Shown here in pieces: positions 1 through 13,960 of a stretch of 64,000 nt of DNA. The notes below the pieces were generated by a model, which saw nothing but the letters and a program-made list of their open reading frames with translations, ran no database searches and was not told the origin of the DNA. This stretch comes from Macrostomum lignano (lineage: Eukaryota). The position numbers and the translations under genes were made by a program. The DNA lies in contig NIVC01001100.1 of the NCBI GenBank assembly GCA_002269645.1, forward strand, positions 124,001 through 188,000. The letters are read 5' to 3'. The stretch's first letter is position 1, and the number at the start of each line of letters is the position of its first letter.

Positions 1-2069
1 AAACATCAATTTTTATCCTTGTTATTGTTTTCTGGTTTTGAACTTTCAAATTTAAACAAAAAATAATTTTGCAAATGAAATTGCACTATTGCCAAAAGGT
101 AATTTATTGTTGCAACACTGGCATATTTTTGAGAATGGGCTGCACTATATTTTTTTGGTGTGCATTTGTAATTATTCAATTTTTGTTTGGGCGTGCACCC
201 AGCATGATCTGGACTATAGATGACCATGGATTACTAAGAATACCTTTATAGCATCTGGCCTATACCAGTATGATTGAAATGGATATTAAACTTAGTTTTT
301 AGTTTATATTATCTATTGGCTTAACTATCATAAGTATAAAGCTAGTTTTGCAATGATTAATGATTCTAAATATTAGCCATAATACAGAAGGTGGCCTTTA
401 TGCCAGAATTTTCTGGCATATTTTTGCTCTTACTGACTATCAACTAAATACTGGCACTCCAATCTTATGGCTCCTACTAAATTATCATTAAAAATTAAGC
501 CGTCGTCCAATATACTCACCTTGCTTAGGTCTTTACCCTCTAAAAATCAGTCTATCCCCCTTAATAAATTTCTAGTTGCACTATTGATCCATAGAAAAAA
601 TTTATATAAAAGCCTATAGCTCAAGATTCAAAGATGACCAACATATTAAAACCTTATAACTGTAACATCATTTTGTATCAAACTCAGTATATGTGTATCA
701 AACAATTTGCCTTTGAAATAGTTGTCTTATTATATTCTCATGGCTATAGCCTGCAGTTGTGAAATAGGTAGTAATATTAAAGTTTTTAATTAATAAAGCT
801 AATTGGTTAGGTCTATGAAGTTTGCTAATAGGAAATAATTTTGTTAGTCTAATCTTCTAATAGGAAGTTTGCTGGTAGAATTTTTTTCTAATAATTTTAC
901 TTGCAGGCTTGTATATATACAGGTGTATTCTTTATGATATTCTACTAAATAAGAAAACAATTTCTTATAATTGATTTTGATAATTGCTAATAGGGTTTCT
1001 TTAATTATGCCAAAGGTACATTTTAGTATATCATTGGATGCATTTTGGTGTACTGTATTTATAGATATGGTTGATTTTCTATCAACAACTATACAGCAAA
1101 TTCCTGCTAGCAAATCTTGTATTCTTAATTGGCTAACTAGCTTATTTATATTAGAAATTGATTATATAAGATACTAGGCATAATAATTGTCTAGTTTCAA
1201 TTAGTGGTAACAAAACTAGCTTGTACTAGCAATCTAGTGCAGCCCCCCTTCAAGGTGCCCAATAAGAAAGGAGCAAAAATAGTTCATGGAAAACAATAAA
1301 ACTACTATTATTATTATAGCAGCATTACTTTTTTAATCAACTATAAAAAACATTTTACTTTAGTAAGTAGTTATTATAAATCTTATTATTAAAATACTGC
1401 CTTAGAAAATGTATCATCCAGGATCCATATATATGGTTATCTTTTATTTTTTAACACTTAAGATTATATTTGCACTAATGCCCTAATTAATGATATTTCA
1501 TAGAACAGATTTTTAGTATATGGAAAATTGAATGCTAAAATAATGTTGCAGAAATATCCTGCTTATTGCTCAAGTCTAATTTTAATTAGTGTGCAATTGT
1601 TAGCATGGTTGCTATAGAAACTTAGACAGTGTCATAATTATCTGACTCAATTCTATTCAAGTTTAGTCACTGTCCCAGTTCCAGCAATCATGGCCACATA
1701 CAGACCTTTCATGACCTTTTGTTGAGCTGCTATACAATTTGAAATGCAATTTCCTCCTGTTGCATTGTTCACCTCGTGATGAAGTGCTGTGGTGTTGAGG
1801 ATAAGAATACACAGGGCCAGGGACTGATCTACTACTGCCATCTGATAGTATGAATGAACTTGGCTTCATTATATCAGGATTAGTAATGGGATTTGAATGG
1901 GCTGTGCTATGCACCCCTCAAGCTGTTTTGGTGTATAATTGATGGCTCAGCTTCTTAATTTGGCTTTAAATTATCAGTTTACCAATCGCGCGTCTGTTTG
2001 TGCTTGTGTCTGTCCACCCAAGTCTGTCTTTATCTCTGTCTGTCTTTGTCCCTGCTTCTTTGTCCATCA

Positions 2070-2261
<192 letters not shown>

Positions 2262-2941
2262 CCTGGTGTGCATGTTATTCTCACCATCCTCTTGTCTTTT
2301 CCTCGCCATTTCCTCGCTTGTTCTATTCTGGCTTCAAGTTACTCCTCTTTTACCTTGGCAACATCCCGGTGCATTCCCATTAGTCCTTTTGTACTTTAAC
2401 TCGTCTTCAGGCTTCGCCATCAGGGCTCTATTTCTGCTTCCCAAATCCTCAAATTCCCTGTCTTCATATTTAATGATGCTTTCAGTTAAGCGCACGTTTT
2501 TGTTTAGTGGAGAGGAGCGGCTCTGCTGGTCTGTGCGCTCCACCTGCCTACCGCTCTCTCACCCTCTACGTCTCGCCCAGTCTTCCCCTTTTTTCCTGCT
2601 GAGCCGGCCACTTCTGCGCTTGCCTCGCTGCCCTCTGCTCTGAGCTGGTTGGTCTGGTTTTCTGTTTATCGCGCGCCCCCGCTGGCCTGTTTGCTCAGCT
2701 TGGTTGAGCACCCTATATGAGAAACTCACTGATTCGGCGCTTGTTCTCTCTATAGCGTCCCCAGCAACCCAGCCTGTGTATGCATAAAAAGCCTATTTTT
2801 AAAGCCCCTCTGATAAACGTAATATCTAATCTAATTTATTTGCAGACAGTCAGTGAAAAGTCCACCTTGAATTGAAATTCGAACCCTTAACGCGACGCGC
2901 CTCGGGAGAAATCGATTTTACAGTGCTGGGCCTCGGACTGA

Positions 2942-5900
2942 ATGTCCATCCATGACTGCCAAACCCTGCTGGCTATTAAGATGCGGGTGAGTGCTCTCCG
3001 TCCATCTATCTGTCTGTCCATCTATTGTCTATCTATCTGTCTCTGTCTGTCTATCTAATCTAATTTTACACAGTGAAATCTCATTCTGTTCTAAAGAAAT
3101 CCTACAGAATCTCACTATATTCTCACAGAATCTCACTATATTCTCACAGAATCTCACTATATTCTCACAGAATCTCACTATATTCTCACAGAATCTTACT
3201 ATATTCTCACAGAATCTCACTATATTCTCACATAATCTCACTATATTCTCACAGAATCTCATATTCTCACATAATCTCACTATATTCTCACAGAATCTCA
3301 CTATATTCTCACAGAATCTCACTATACTCAGTGAAATCTCACACTCGCTTTCAGGGCACAGTCCGCTGGTCCCCGCTGCAGTCGTCCACCATGCCGCAGC
3401 CGCAGCAGCGGCCGCCAAAGCAGCAGCAGCAGCGGTCCCTCCCGATCTCGGAGCAGCACCAGCGGCCTTCAGGCCGTTGGAAACAGGCCTGCGTCCTTCA
3501 CAACGGCTGGCTGTACGTGCACGGCGGCCGGTGCGGCCGGCAGCCGCTGAAGGATCTGTGGCGCTGGCGAGAGTCGGCCGGCTGGCGCCGGGTACACCTC
3601 AGCGGAGCGACGCCGCCGCCGTTGGAAGGCCACACGATGGTGGCCAGCCGAGGCCACCTGTACATCTTCGGCGGCACCTACGGCGGCTACCCGGACTGCC
3701 CACTGTGGATCGTCAGCCCCCAGTTCGGTCTGAGCAGGCAGTGGGAGGCCAGCAGCCGCGACCTGGTGCAGATCGGCAGCCGGCGCTGCCACTCCGCCGT
3801 GCTGCACCGCGGCGCCATGTGCGTCTTCGGCGGCATCGCCGACACCAGAGGCTCCTGCAGCGAGCTGTGGCTGCTGGACCTGGCCACCGAGAGCTGGCAC
3901 CTGGCCTGGTCACCGGTCACCCACCGGGGTCCCGGCCCGGCCGCCAGGTATGGTCACTCCGCCTGCGCCTACGATGGCGGAATGTACATCTACGGCGGCC
4001 TGGCGGGGCTGAGCCACTGCCCGGCCGAGCTGTGGCGCTGGTCGTTCCGCATCGGCCAGTGGAGCCGCCTGCGCTGCGCCTCAGCTGGCCGCGCCACCTC
4101 GCCGCCTCCGCTGGCGTTCCACGCGGCTACCGTCGTGCCCGGAGGCCGGATGCTCGTGTTTGGCGGCGAGCAGCGCGACGGCGCTTCACCGGCCTCGCTG
4201 TGGTGCTACCACTTCGCCGGCGAGGCCTGGTCGGCAGTGCCCAGCCAAGGACCGCTAAGGCCATCCGGCACAGTGCACCACTCGCTGCTGACTGCCGACT
4301 GCGGCCCTGACGGACCGCTGGCAGATGATGAGCAGGACTTGGCAGAGCGGCTCTTGCGGCGTTTGCAGCGTCGAAGGCGACAGCATCGCCGGTTGCAGCT
4401 GCGTCAGCTGGGAGAGTCGGCTAGCACCACCACCACGGAGTTGGTGCTGTCGGCGTCTCCGGCCGAGCGGCAGGCGGAGGCGGTGACAGCGCCTGAGCAA
4501 CCGCAGCAGCAGCAGCAGCCTTTGTCCAGGGCCACTACCGCTATGAGGTGCGATTTTAAAGCTCTCATTTCAATCGTTTTTTGGGTTGCAGCTCATCCGG
4601 TGTCCTACATATCTTAACTGAATTTCATCTGACGCTCACCTGAGTCTCATCCGACTCTCGCATAATTCTCACCTGAGTCTAGCATAATTCTCACCTGAGT
4701 CTCGCATATTTCTCACCTGAGTCTCGCATATTTCTCACCTGAGTCTCAGAATTCTCACCTGAGTCTAACAGAATTCTCACCTGAGTCTGGCATAGTTCTC
4801 ACCTGAGTCTCACCTGAGTCTCACCTGAGTCTCGCATAATTCTCACTTGAGTCTCGCATGAGTCTCACCTGAGTCTCACAGAATTCTCACCTGAGTCTTA
4901 CCTGATTCTCACATAATTCTCACTTGAGTCTCGCATGAGTCTCACCTGAGTCTCGCGTAATTCTCATTTGACTCTAACCACATACCTAGTCCCTATCGCA
5001 TTATCGTCTTACCAGTGCTTCCCCCATTCCCAATGCTTGTCACCCCTATGCCCCAGCCGTCTCACTTTGTTTGCCCCAAGTCAGCCAGAGAGGAAACTCT
5101 GTTTGAGCAGGCCAGCAATGGCCGTGCCTCGATTATTTTCTTGCCAAATGTCCCAGACTCAAATCCAGTTCCTCATCCTCCTCGTATGGGCGGTGAGGAG
5201 ATGCAAGAAGGGTAAAAGATTACCGGGGAATAGGAAGCGATAAGACGGGACGGGAATTATTCGAAGGCATTCGAGTGTGCAACTCATGGACTACTAGTTG
5301 AAACATCTGGATTGGAAAGCCTAAAACTAGTATGATGCTTAGGACAATAAAAATAGATTTAAATTAAAAAAATTGAGAGACAAAGTGATTTATTTTCGAT
5401 AGTCAGTTTGTTTCCAATCCAGATGCTTATATTTATAGATTTTTTGAGTCAAAAGTCACTGATTCACCCTAGTTAGCTTGATGTCATGGACTCCTTAGAT
5501 TAAAAATATGGCCAATAAATATTACTCTGTACAACAACTGAAGTAAATTCAGCTTTTATTAGTTTAATTGTCTTTCATAAGCCTCATATGATGCAGTCCA
5601 GATTCTCTCATTCATTTAGAAATCCACGGAGCATGGGAGGATGGTTTAGGATTTTTGGAGTAGAAAAGTATAGATAAGGGAAGGGAATTATGGGCCCCCG
5701 CTCGTTCGCAGCAGTGTAGAGCTAATCCGCTATGGGTTGCCATGGAAACGGGTGCAAATAAAGCCCAGTCTAGGGCAGTAGAGGGCGTGCACAGGCAGTC
5801 TCTCTCTCTCTCTCTCTCTCTCTCTTTGTTTTCCCTCGGAGCAATCTGACTTATTCTCTTCCTTCTTCTTCTCTGATTCTGAATGTCATCGGGGAGATTT

Positions 5901-7186
5901 TGCACTGCGCTCTGTGTAGGCCAATATTGATAATTAGATTGGTTATATATTTGCTAGGATGCAGATGCATGACTGACTGCCTGTCACAGCTGGAAGTTGC
6001 TCCCATAGGGATGTGATTAACTTGATGGTTCCATTTGCTGTGCCAGCAGCGTGCTTTCAACCACGTATTAGCATTGTCTTGGAATTTTGCACACCATCGC
6101 TTGCTGGGGTATTTATTAAAAGAAAATGGATTGCTAACCTATCCAACATAAATTATATAGAATGGATTGCTAATCTATCCAACATGAATTATATAGAATG
6201 GATTGCTAATCTATCCAACATGAATTATATAGAATGGATTGCTAATCTATCCAACATGAATTAAATAGAATGGATTGCTAATCTATCTAACATGAATTAA
6301 ATGGAAAGGATTGCTAATCTATCCAGCATGAACTGAATAGAATGGATTGCTAATCTATCCAACATGAATTAAATGGAAATGATTGCTAATCCATCCAGCA
6401 TGAACTGAATAGAATGGATTGCTAATCTATCCAACATAAATTAATGTTGCTAATCTACCTAAAACACAAAAATGCCTTAAAGTACATTCTGTCCTAATCC
6501 CAAACATCGCCAGCTATCGCAGCGCGGCCAGCGCCAAGGACTCCGGCTATTCCAGCTGCCTGCTCGACACCCTCGACGACGAAGAAGGCGACGCCGCGGC
6601 CGTTTTAGTCGACGGTGACGAGGAGTGTCGCGGCTGCAGCAGCGGCGAAGCGGTCGAGTTGCCGCCGCCGTCGCCGCCGCTGACCCTGGAGGACCTCGAA
6701 AGCGTGCCGGACTTGTTCAGCCTGTCCTCGGCCGCCCTGCTCGCCCAGCGACAGTCCGCATCGTCAACTCCTTCAACACCCGAGGCGTCGCGAGCTGCTT
6801 CAATGTCTCCGAATCGGTCGTTTCGTCCAGTCGCCGGCGGCGGCGGCGTGGCTGACTGGGCCTTCACCAACCAGTCCATGTCGATATCGTCGTTCGGCTC
6901 TGCCGGCGCCCTGACCTCTGGCAGCCGGAGAAATTGCGACAATGTCGATTTCGATGACGCAATTGACGATGATGAGGACAGCGAGGACTTGGACGCGTCG
7001 GAGAGCGACGGCGCGGCCTGGTCGGACGACAGCTCGTCGGTCGCTTCTTCGTCGATGATGTCACACGAGCTCCGGTCTAGAATGTCGGACTCAACAACCG
7101 TGTACAGCCTGGGTGCGCCTGAGAACGGCATCGCCAGCCACTGCCTGCTGGTGTGGCGCGGCTGCGTCACCTACTCGGCTCAGTAG
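2942..7186 (+). CDS. Kelch-repeat (beta-propeller) protein with a low-complexity acidic/Ser-rich C-terminus; exons 2942-2986, 3355-4547, 6514-7186
   Basis: Exon 3355-4547 encodes repeated Kelch motifs (LYVHGG..PLKDLWRW; GHTMVASRGHLYIFGG; HSAVLHRGAMCVFGG..SELWLLDLATESW; GHSACAYDGGMYIYGG; FHAATVVPGGRMLVFGG). Splice sites CGG|GTGAGT (2986), TTTCAG|G (3355), GAG|GTGCG (4547, phase 2) and CGCCAG|C (6514) join in frame; stop TAG at 7184-7186. The start could instead be ATG 2981 or CCACCATG 3391. It resembles invertebrate Kelch proteins often labelled LZTR1-like, but no BTB domain is seen. Confidence 0.85.
3103..3330. repeat. 21-nt minisatellite (acagaatctcactatattctc) in Kelch intron 1
   Basis: Direct reading; 7-aa periodicity in the ORF track. 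Confidence 0.95.
4625..4965. repeat. Degenerate ctcacctgagt-based tandem repeat in Kelch intron 2
   Basis: Direct reading. Confidence 0.9.
6126..6440. repeat. 36-nt minisatellite (atggattgctaatctatccaacatgaattatataga)
   Basis: Direct reading; 12-aa periodicity. Confidence 0.93.
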
Positions 7187-7322
7187 TAGTATGAGTAGAG
7201 TGATTCGCTATTTTTTGTGTAATGTACGGAGAAATTCTTATAAATCAGAATAAAAGAAGCGCTGGTCTAGTCAACCTTATGCACAAACATATATGCCATG
7301 AATTTCTGATCTACCGGGCATC

Positions 7323-9284
7323 AGGAAGAAAGGAATAGAATGGATTGCTAATCTAGCCAGCATCACTGATGAAGGAATAGAATGGATTGCTAATCTAGCC
7401 AGCATCACTGATGAAGGAATAGAATAAATTGCTAATCTAGCCAGCATCACTGATGAAGGAATAGAATAAATTGCTAATCTAGCCAGCATCACTGATGAAG
7501 GAATAGAATAAATTGCTAATTTAGCCAGCATCACTGATGAAGGAATAGAATGGATTGCTAATCTAGCCAGCATCACTGATGAAGGAATAGAATGGATTGC
7601 TAATCTAGCCAGCATCACTGATGAAGGAATAGAATGGATTGCTAATCTAGCCAGCATCACTGATAAAGGAATAGAATGGATTGCTAACCTAGCCAACATC
7701 ACTGATGAAGGAATAGAATAAATTGCTAATCTAGCCAACATCACTGATGAAGGAATAGAATGGATTGCTAATCTAGCCAGCATCACTGATGAAGGAATAG
7801 AATGGATTGCTAATCTAGCCAACATCACTGATAAAGGAATAGAATGGATTGCTAATCTAGCCAGCATAACTGATGAAGGAATAGAATGGATTGCTAATCT
7901 AGCCAACATCACTGATAAAGGAATAGAATGGATTGCTAATCTAGCCAGCATAACTGATGAAGGAATAGAATGGATTGCTAATCTAGCCAACATCACTGAT
8001 GAAGGAATAGAATGGATTGCTAATCTAGCCAGCATCACTGATGAAGGAATAGAATGGATTGCTAATCTAGCCAACATCACTGATGAAGGAATAGAATGGA
8101 ATGCTAATCTAGCCAGTCACTGATGAAGGAATAGAATGGATTGCTAATCTAGCCAGCATCACTGATGAAGGAATAGAATGGATTGCTAATCTAGCCAACA
8201 TCACTGATGAAGGAATAGAATGTATTGCTAATCTAGCCAGCATCACTGATAAAGGAATAGAATGGATTGCTAACCTAGCCAACATCACTGATGGAGGAAT
8301 AGAATGGATTGCTAACCTAGCCAACATCACTGATGAAGGAATAGAATGGATTGCTAATCTAGCCAGCATCACTGATGAAGGAATAGAATGGATTGCTAAT
8401 CTAGCCAACATCACTGATGAAGGAATAGAATGGATTGCTAATCTAGCCAACATCACTAATGAAGGAATAGAATGTATTGCTAATCTAGCCAGCATCACTG
8501 ATAAAGGAATAGAATGGATTGCTAACCTAGCCAACATCACTGATGGAGGAATAGAATGGATTGCTAACCTGGCCAACATCACTGATGAAGGAATAGAATG
8601 TATTGCTAATCTAGCCAGCATCACTGATAAAGGAATAGAATGGATTGCTAACCTAGCCAACATCACTGATGAAGGAATAGAATGGATTGCTAACCTAGCC
8701 AACATCACTGATGGAGGAATAGAATGGATTGCTAATCTAGCCAACATCACTGATAAAGGAATAGAATGGATTGCTAATCTAGCCAACATCACTGATGAAG
8801 GAATAGAATGGATTGCTAATCTAGCCAACATCACTGATGAAGGAATAGAATGTATTGCTAACCTAGCCAACATCACTGATGGAGGAATAGAATGGATTGC
8901 TAATCTAGCCAACATCACTGATGAAGGAATAGAATGTATTGCTAATCTAGCCAGCATCACTGATAAAGGAATAGAATGGATTGCTAACCTAGCCAACATC
9001 ACTGATGAAGGAATAGAATGGATTGCTAATCTAGCCAACATCACTGATGAAGGAATAGAATGGATTGCTAATCTAGCCAACATCACTGATGAAGGAATAG
9101 AATGGATTGCTAACCTAGCCAACATCACTGATGGAGGAATAGAATGGATTGCTAATCTAGCCAACATCACTGATGAAGGAATAGAATGGATTGCTAATCT
9201 AGCCAGCATAACTGATGAAGGAATAGAATGGATTGCTAATCTAGCCAACATCACTGATGAAGGAATAGAATGGATTGCTAATCT
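7323..9284. repeat. 42-nt minisatellite (gaaggaatagaatggattgctaatctagccagcatcactgat), about 46 copies
   Basis: Direct reading; 14-aa periodicity in minus-strand ORFs. Confidence 0.97.
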
Positions 9285-9627
9285 CGAAATTTCGATTTGC
9301 GGTCAGTACAGACCAGCTTCCAAATAGTAGTAGCTGCTTATATTACTTAAAGCAGAACCGGTGGAACATTGCCTTACAAAAATGCACCAACAGTGAATTC
9401 CATATTCTACGAATTGAAATGGTTTCTGTCACTTGCATGAGCTTTACAAATCCGTGATCGAATCATTCGATTGTAAGTAACCCTGCTTATTTTGTTTTAA
9501 CAAAGTGTTTTTTTGCGTGGTTGCTCGCAACCCCTGGCGGGGTTCCAAACTGGCTTAAGACTGTTTGACACTCCTTAGCCTCTCTCTTAGATGAACTTGG
9601 TTGTCTCTGCGCCAGTTTTTGCTTTTG

Positions 9628-10172
9628 ATTATCTCACCCCAGTGTCTCTTATCTATCGAGTATCTCACCCCAGTGTCTCTTATCTATCGAGTATCTCACC
9701 CCAGTGTCTCTTATCTATCGAGTATCTCACCTCAGTGTCTCTTATCTATCGAGTATCTCACCCCAGCGTCTCTCATCCATCGAGTATCTCACCCCAGCGT
9801 CTCTCATCCATCGAGTTACGAGTATCTCACCCCAGCGTCTCTTATCCATCGAGTATCTTACCCCAGCGTCTCTTATCTATCGAGTATCTCACCCCAGTGT
9901 CTCTTATCTATCGAGTATCTCACCCCAGTGTCTCTTATCTATCGAGTATCTCACCCCAGCGTCTCTTATCTATCGAGTATCTCACCCCAGCGTCTCTTAT
10001 CTATCGAGTATCTCACCCCAGCGTCTCTTATCTATCGAGTATCTCACCCCAGTGTCTCTTATCTATCGAGTATCTCACCCCAGTGTCTCTTATTTATTGA
10101 GTATCTCACCCCAGCGTCTCTCATCTATCGAGTATCTCACCCCAGTGTCTCTTATCCATCGAGTATCTCACC
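9628..10172. repeat. 31-nt minisatellite (tatctcaccccagtgtctcttatctatcgag)
   Basis: Direct reading. Confidence 0.95.
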
Positions 10173-10931
10173 CAAGCACCATATTCAATATCTCACTTCG
10201 GTGTGGCACTTTTATTCTCTCTTATCTCACTAAAGATTTGTGATCGCATTATTTGATGTTGCAACTATACAATTATAAATTTTTAACGCACAAAATTTAT
10301 CAAGTTGTCCTAATTTTACAACAAGCCAATTTATTGTTAAATGCTATCTGCCAGCAAATCTGTTGTCATGTTGTAGTAGCTTTTGGACGCCAAAATTTGT
10401 TGTTGATGATAAACTGAATTTGCACTTTTTCAACCACGATGAGTCAATCAAATTTATTGAAGGCTTGCTAAACTCGACTATAATTGATTTTATTATTAAA
10501 ATGACCTTTTATGCCTTTCTAGGCCACTCTGCTGTCCAACTCGTGACTGAGGTCTCAGTTAATAAGCCAGTGTATCGCATCTCCCGTGCCTTCTCTCAAG
10601 TCTAGTGCAATAATGAATTCCCTGATAGCCATCTCTGTTCACCCCGCTACCGCTTAATACGGCGTCTCCGTCCACTTCCTATAGTGATGAACTCTTTACT
10701 AATTATTTCTACGCTCGTATCGCCCACTTATCCTTATAAGCGTGCGCCAGCTTCACAACTGCTAGAAGCGGAAACGTTTCAGCAAAGATTGATTCTTGCG
10801 CGATATTTGTAATAAAATTGTGATTAAAAATATATTTTATTTTTCTTCTGCTGTGATGCTCAAAGCAATTATAAAATTTGTTTGTGGCTTTGCGATTTCG
10901 ATTTTCCTGCGGCCCGTCTAGCGCATTTAGC

Positions 10932-10994
10932 GTCTGTCTGTCTGCCTGTCTTATTGTCTGTCTTAGTGTCTGTCTATCTTAGTGTCTGTCTTAG

Positions 10995-11031
<37 letters not shown>

Positions 11032-11048
11032 TAGTGTCTGTCCTAGTG

Positions 11049-11090
<42 letters not shown>

Positions 11091-11121
11091 TATTGTCTGT
11101 CTTAGTGTCTGTCTATCTTAG

Positions 11122-11158
<37 letters not shown>

Positions 11159-12090
11159 TAGTGTCTGTCTATCTTAGTGTCTGTCTTAGTGTCTGTCTGT
11201 CTGTCTGTCTGTCTGTCTTATTGTCTGTCTTATTGTCTGTCTTAGTGTCTGTCTATCTGTCTTAGTGTCTTAGTGTCTGTCTGTCTTATTGTCTGTCTTA
11301 GTGTCTGTCTGTCTTATTGTCTGTCTTAGTGTCTGTCTATCTGTCTTAGTGTCTTAGTGTCTGTCTGTCTTAGTGTCTGTCTTAGTGTCTGTCTGTCTTA
11401 TTGTCTGTCTTAGTGTCTGTCTGTCTTAGTGTCTGTCTGTCTTAGTGTCTGTCTGTCTTATTGTCTGTCTTAGTGTCTGTCTATCTGTCTTAGTGTCTGT
11501 CTGTCTTAGTGTCTGTCTGTCTTAGTGTCTGTCTGTCTGTCTTATTGTCTGTCTTAGCGTCTGCCTGTCTGTCTGTCTTATTGTCTGTCTTAGTGTCTGT
11601 CTATCTCTCTTAGTGTCTTAGTGTCTGTCTGTCTTATTGTCTGTCTTAGTGTCTGTCTGTCTTAGTGTCTGTCTGTCTTAGTGTCTGTCTTAGTGTCTAT
11701 CTATCTGTCTTAGTGTCTTAGTGTCTGTCTGTCTTATTGTCTGTCTTAGTGTCTGTCTGTCTTAGTGTCTGTCTTAGTGTCTGTCTGTCTTATTGTCTGT
11801 CTTAGTGTCTGTCTGTCTTATTGTCTGTCTTAGTGTCTGTCTATCTGTCTTAGTGTCTTAGTGTCTTAGTGTCTTATTGTCTGTCTGTCTTAGTGTCTGT
11901 CTTAGTGTCTGTCTGTCTTATTGTCTGTCTTAGTGTCTGTCTGTCTTAGTGTCTGTCTGTCTGTCTGTCTGTCTTAGTGTCTGTCTGTCTGTCTATCTTT
12001 CTTAGTGTCTTAGTGTCTGTCTGTCTGTCCTAGTGTCTGTCTGTCCTTGTGTCTGTCTGTCTGTCTGTCAGTTTGTCTGTCTGTCTCTCT
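10932..12090. repeat. Compound TCTG / TCTTAGTG / TCTTATTG microsatellite
   Basis: Direct reading. Confidence 0.95.
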
Positions 12091-12411
12091 GTGCAGCAGC
12101 AATGCACAGTAAGGCACGCAGCCTTTGCTTATAATCCGTATTCCAGTCATATTCAGTGTCGTTAAATTAATGGAAATGTCGCTTCTGATAATAAAATTTA
12201 TTCGAAATTTCTTAACATTCCGCGCCTTCCTTTGCTGTCTAGCGGCGGGTATTTTTCCTATGGCGATTGGCGCTTTTCTTTATTTAGTCACTGTTAAAAT
12301 CTCTAGAGATTCGAATTTTAAGTAACACCCGGCACTTCGCTGAGATGCCGGCTTTAATTGACACGAAGAAATGAAGATTTTGGCCTCTTTTCTTTCTTGC
12401 TCGTATCTTCC

Positions 12412-12414
<3 letters not shown>

Positions 12415-12465
<51 letters not shown>
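12415..12465. repeat. (CT)n microsatellite
   Basis: Direct reading. Confidence 0.95.
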
Positions 12466-12467
<2 letters not shown>

Positions 12468-12754
12468 TTTTGCGTTTGCTAATTTCTCTATTTCCAGTCA
12501 ATTCGGTCTCGGTCGAATCCCCCCGAGGACTCATGCACCCATGCAGCGCCGGTCACTGTAGCTGGCACTCCCCCGGCCTCCTCGGCCTCAACTCCCGCTA
12601 AGCAACACGTGCAGCCTTCCAGCCTGCTTGCAGCTTCATTTCCCGTCCTCCTGCGGCCTCTAATCTGCTCCGGGCTGCTGAGCTGCTCCATTATAGCTGT
12701 GCGCCCCTGTTGCCGGGCTGTTGGACCGGGGGAAATTCGGTGCCGTAGGGCTGT

Positions 12755-13205
12755 GCCTGTCTTAATGCCTGTCTCAGTGTCTGTCTCAGTGCCTGTCTCA
12801 GTGTCTGTCTCAGTGCCCGTCTCAGTGTCTGTCTCAGTGCCCGTCTTAATGCCTGTCTCAGTGTCTGTCTCAGTGCCCGTCTTAATGCCTGTCTCAGTGT
12901 CTGTCTCAGTGCCTGTCTCAGTGTCTGTCTCAGTGCCCGTCTCAGTGTCTGTCTCATGTCTGTCTCAGTGCCTGTCTCAGCATCTGTCTCAGTGTCTGTC
13001 TCAGTGCCCGTCTCAGTGTCTGTCTCATGTCTGTCTCAGTGCCCGTCTCAGTGTCTGTCTCATGTCTGTCTCAGTGCCTGTCTCAGCATCTGTCTCAGTG
13101 TCTCTCTCAGTGCCTGTCTTGTGTCTGTCTGTCTATCTTTCTTTCCGTCTGTCCGTCTGTCTTAGTTTCTGTCTGTCTGTCTGTCTGTCTTTCCGTCTTA
13201 GTGTC
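12755..13205. repeat. gtctcagt(g/c)-based 12-nt degenerate tandem repeat
   Basis: Direct reading. Confidence 0.9.
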
Positions 13206-13544
13206 TTAGTACTGTTTTATTTTGAAGTCTGCGACATTTTCAAGACCCATTTACAATCCTCTGCAGACTCTTTCTCAACCCTCACTCCAAAGCGTTTAGT
13301 TCCTTGTTTGATTCATCCGACAAGGAATTTCATTTCAAAAGCTCGCCGTCACCGCCGCCACTGATTGGCATTTCACAAGCGTCCCGTGGAGCCCGAAATT
13401 TTCGGCTGCTGCTTCGTCTGAATCTTTAAATGCTTCGTGCCAAGATTTTAAATAGGCTCATTTCTGAATGCTCCATTCTGTTTGAGAATTCTCTGCTGGG
13501 TACTTTGATCATGTTGCAGCCGTATGTTGCATACATCACACCCG

Positions 13545-13960
13545 ATTATAATTTAAGTCCCATGGACACTCCAGACATTATAATTTAAATCACATGGACA
13601 CCCCAGACATTATAATTTAAGTCCAATGGACACCCCAGACATTATAATTAGGATCCCATGGACACCCCATCCATTATAATTAGGATCCCATGGACACCCC
13701 ATCCTTTATAATTAGGATCCCATGGACACCCCATCCATTATAATTAGGATCCCATGGACACCCCATCCATTATAATTAGGATCCCATGGACACCCCATCC
13801 TTTATAATTAGGATCCCATGGACACCCCATCCATTATAATTAGGATCCCATGGACACCCCATCCATTATAATTAGGATCCCATGGACACCCCATCCATTA
13901 TAATTAGGATCCCATGGACACCCCATCCATTATAATCAGAATTCCATTGACATCCCAGCC
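13545..13960. repeat. 32-nt minisatellite (ataattaggatcccatggacaccccatccatt)
   Basis: Direct reading. Confidence 0.93.

Noticed and set aside
960-1060. Harbinger/PIF transposase call from NTVHQNASNDILKCTFGIIK
   Set aside because: It resembles the N..H...R..IE..FG.LK motif, but the catalytic Glu and correctly spaced upstream Asp motifs are not evident; kept only as an unassigned relic.
2334-2543. Minus-strand 69-aa ORF as a divergent gene, and similarly 12488-12691
   Set aside because: No recognisable motif and no exon chain could be built.
5081-5211. Additional Kelch-gene exon
   Set aside because: Plausible AG and GT sites, but the 131-nt length breaks the phase-2/phase-2 junction that already joins 4547 to 6514.
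7277-9254. 267-aa and 381-aa minus-strand ORFs (SVMLARLAIHSIPS)n
   Set aside because: Translation of a 42-nt satellite that lacks stops in one frame; no splice context or domain.
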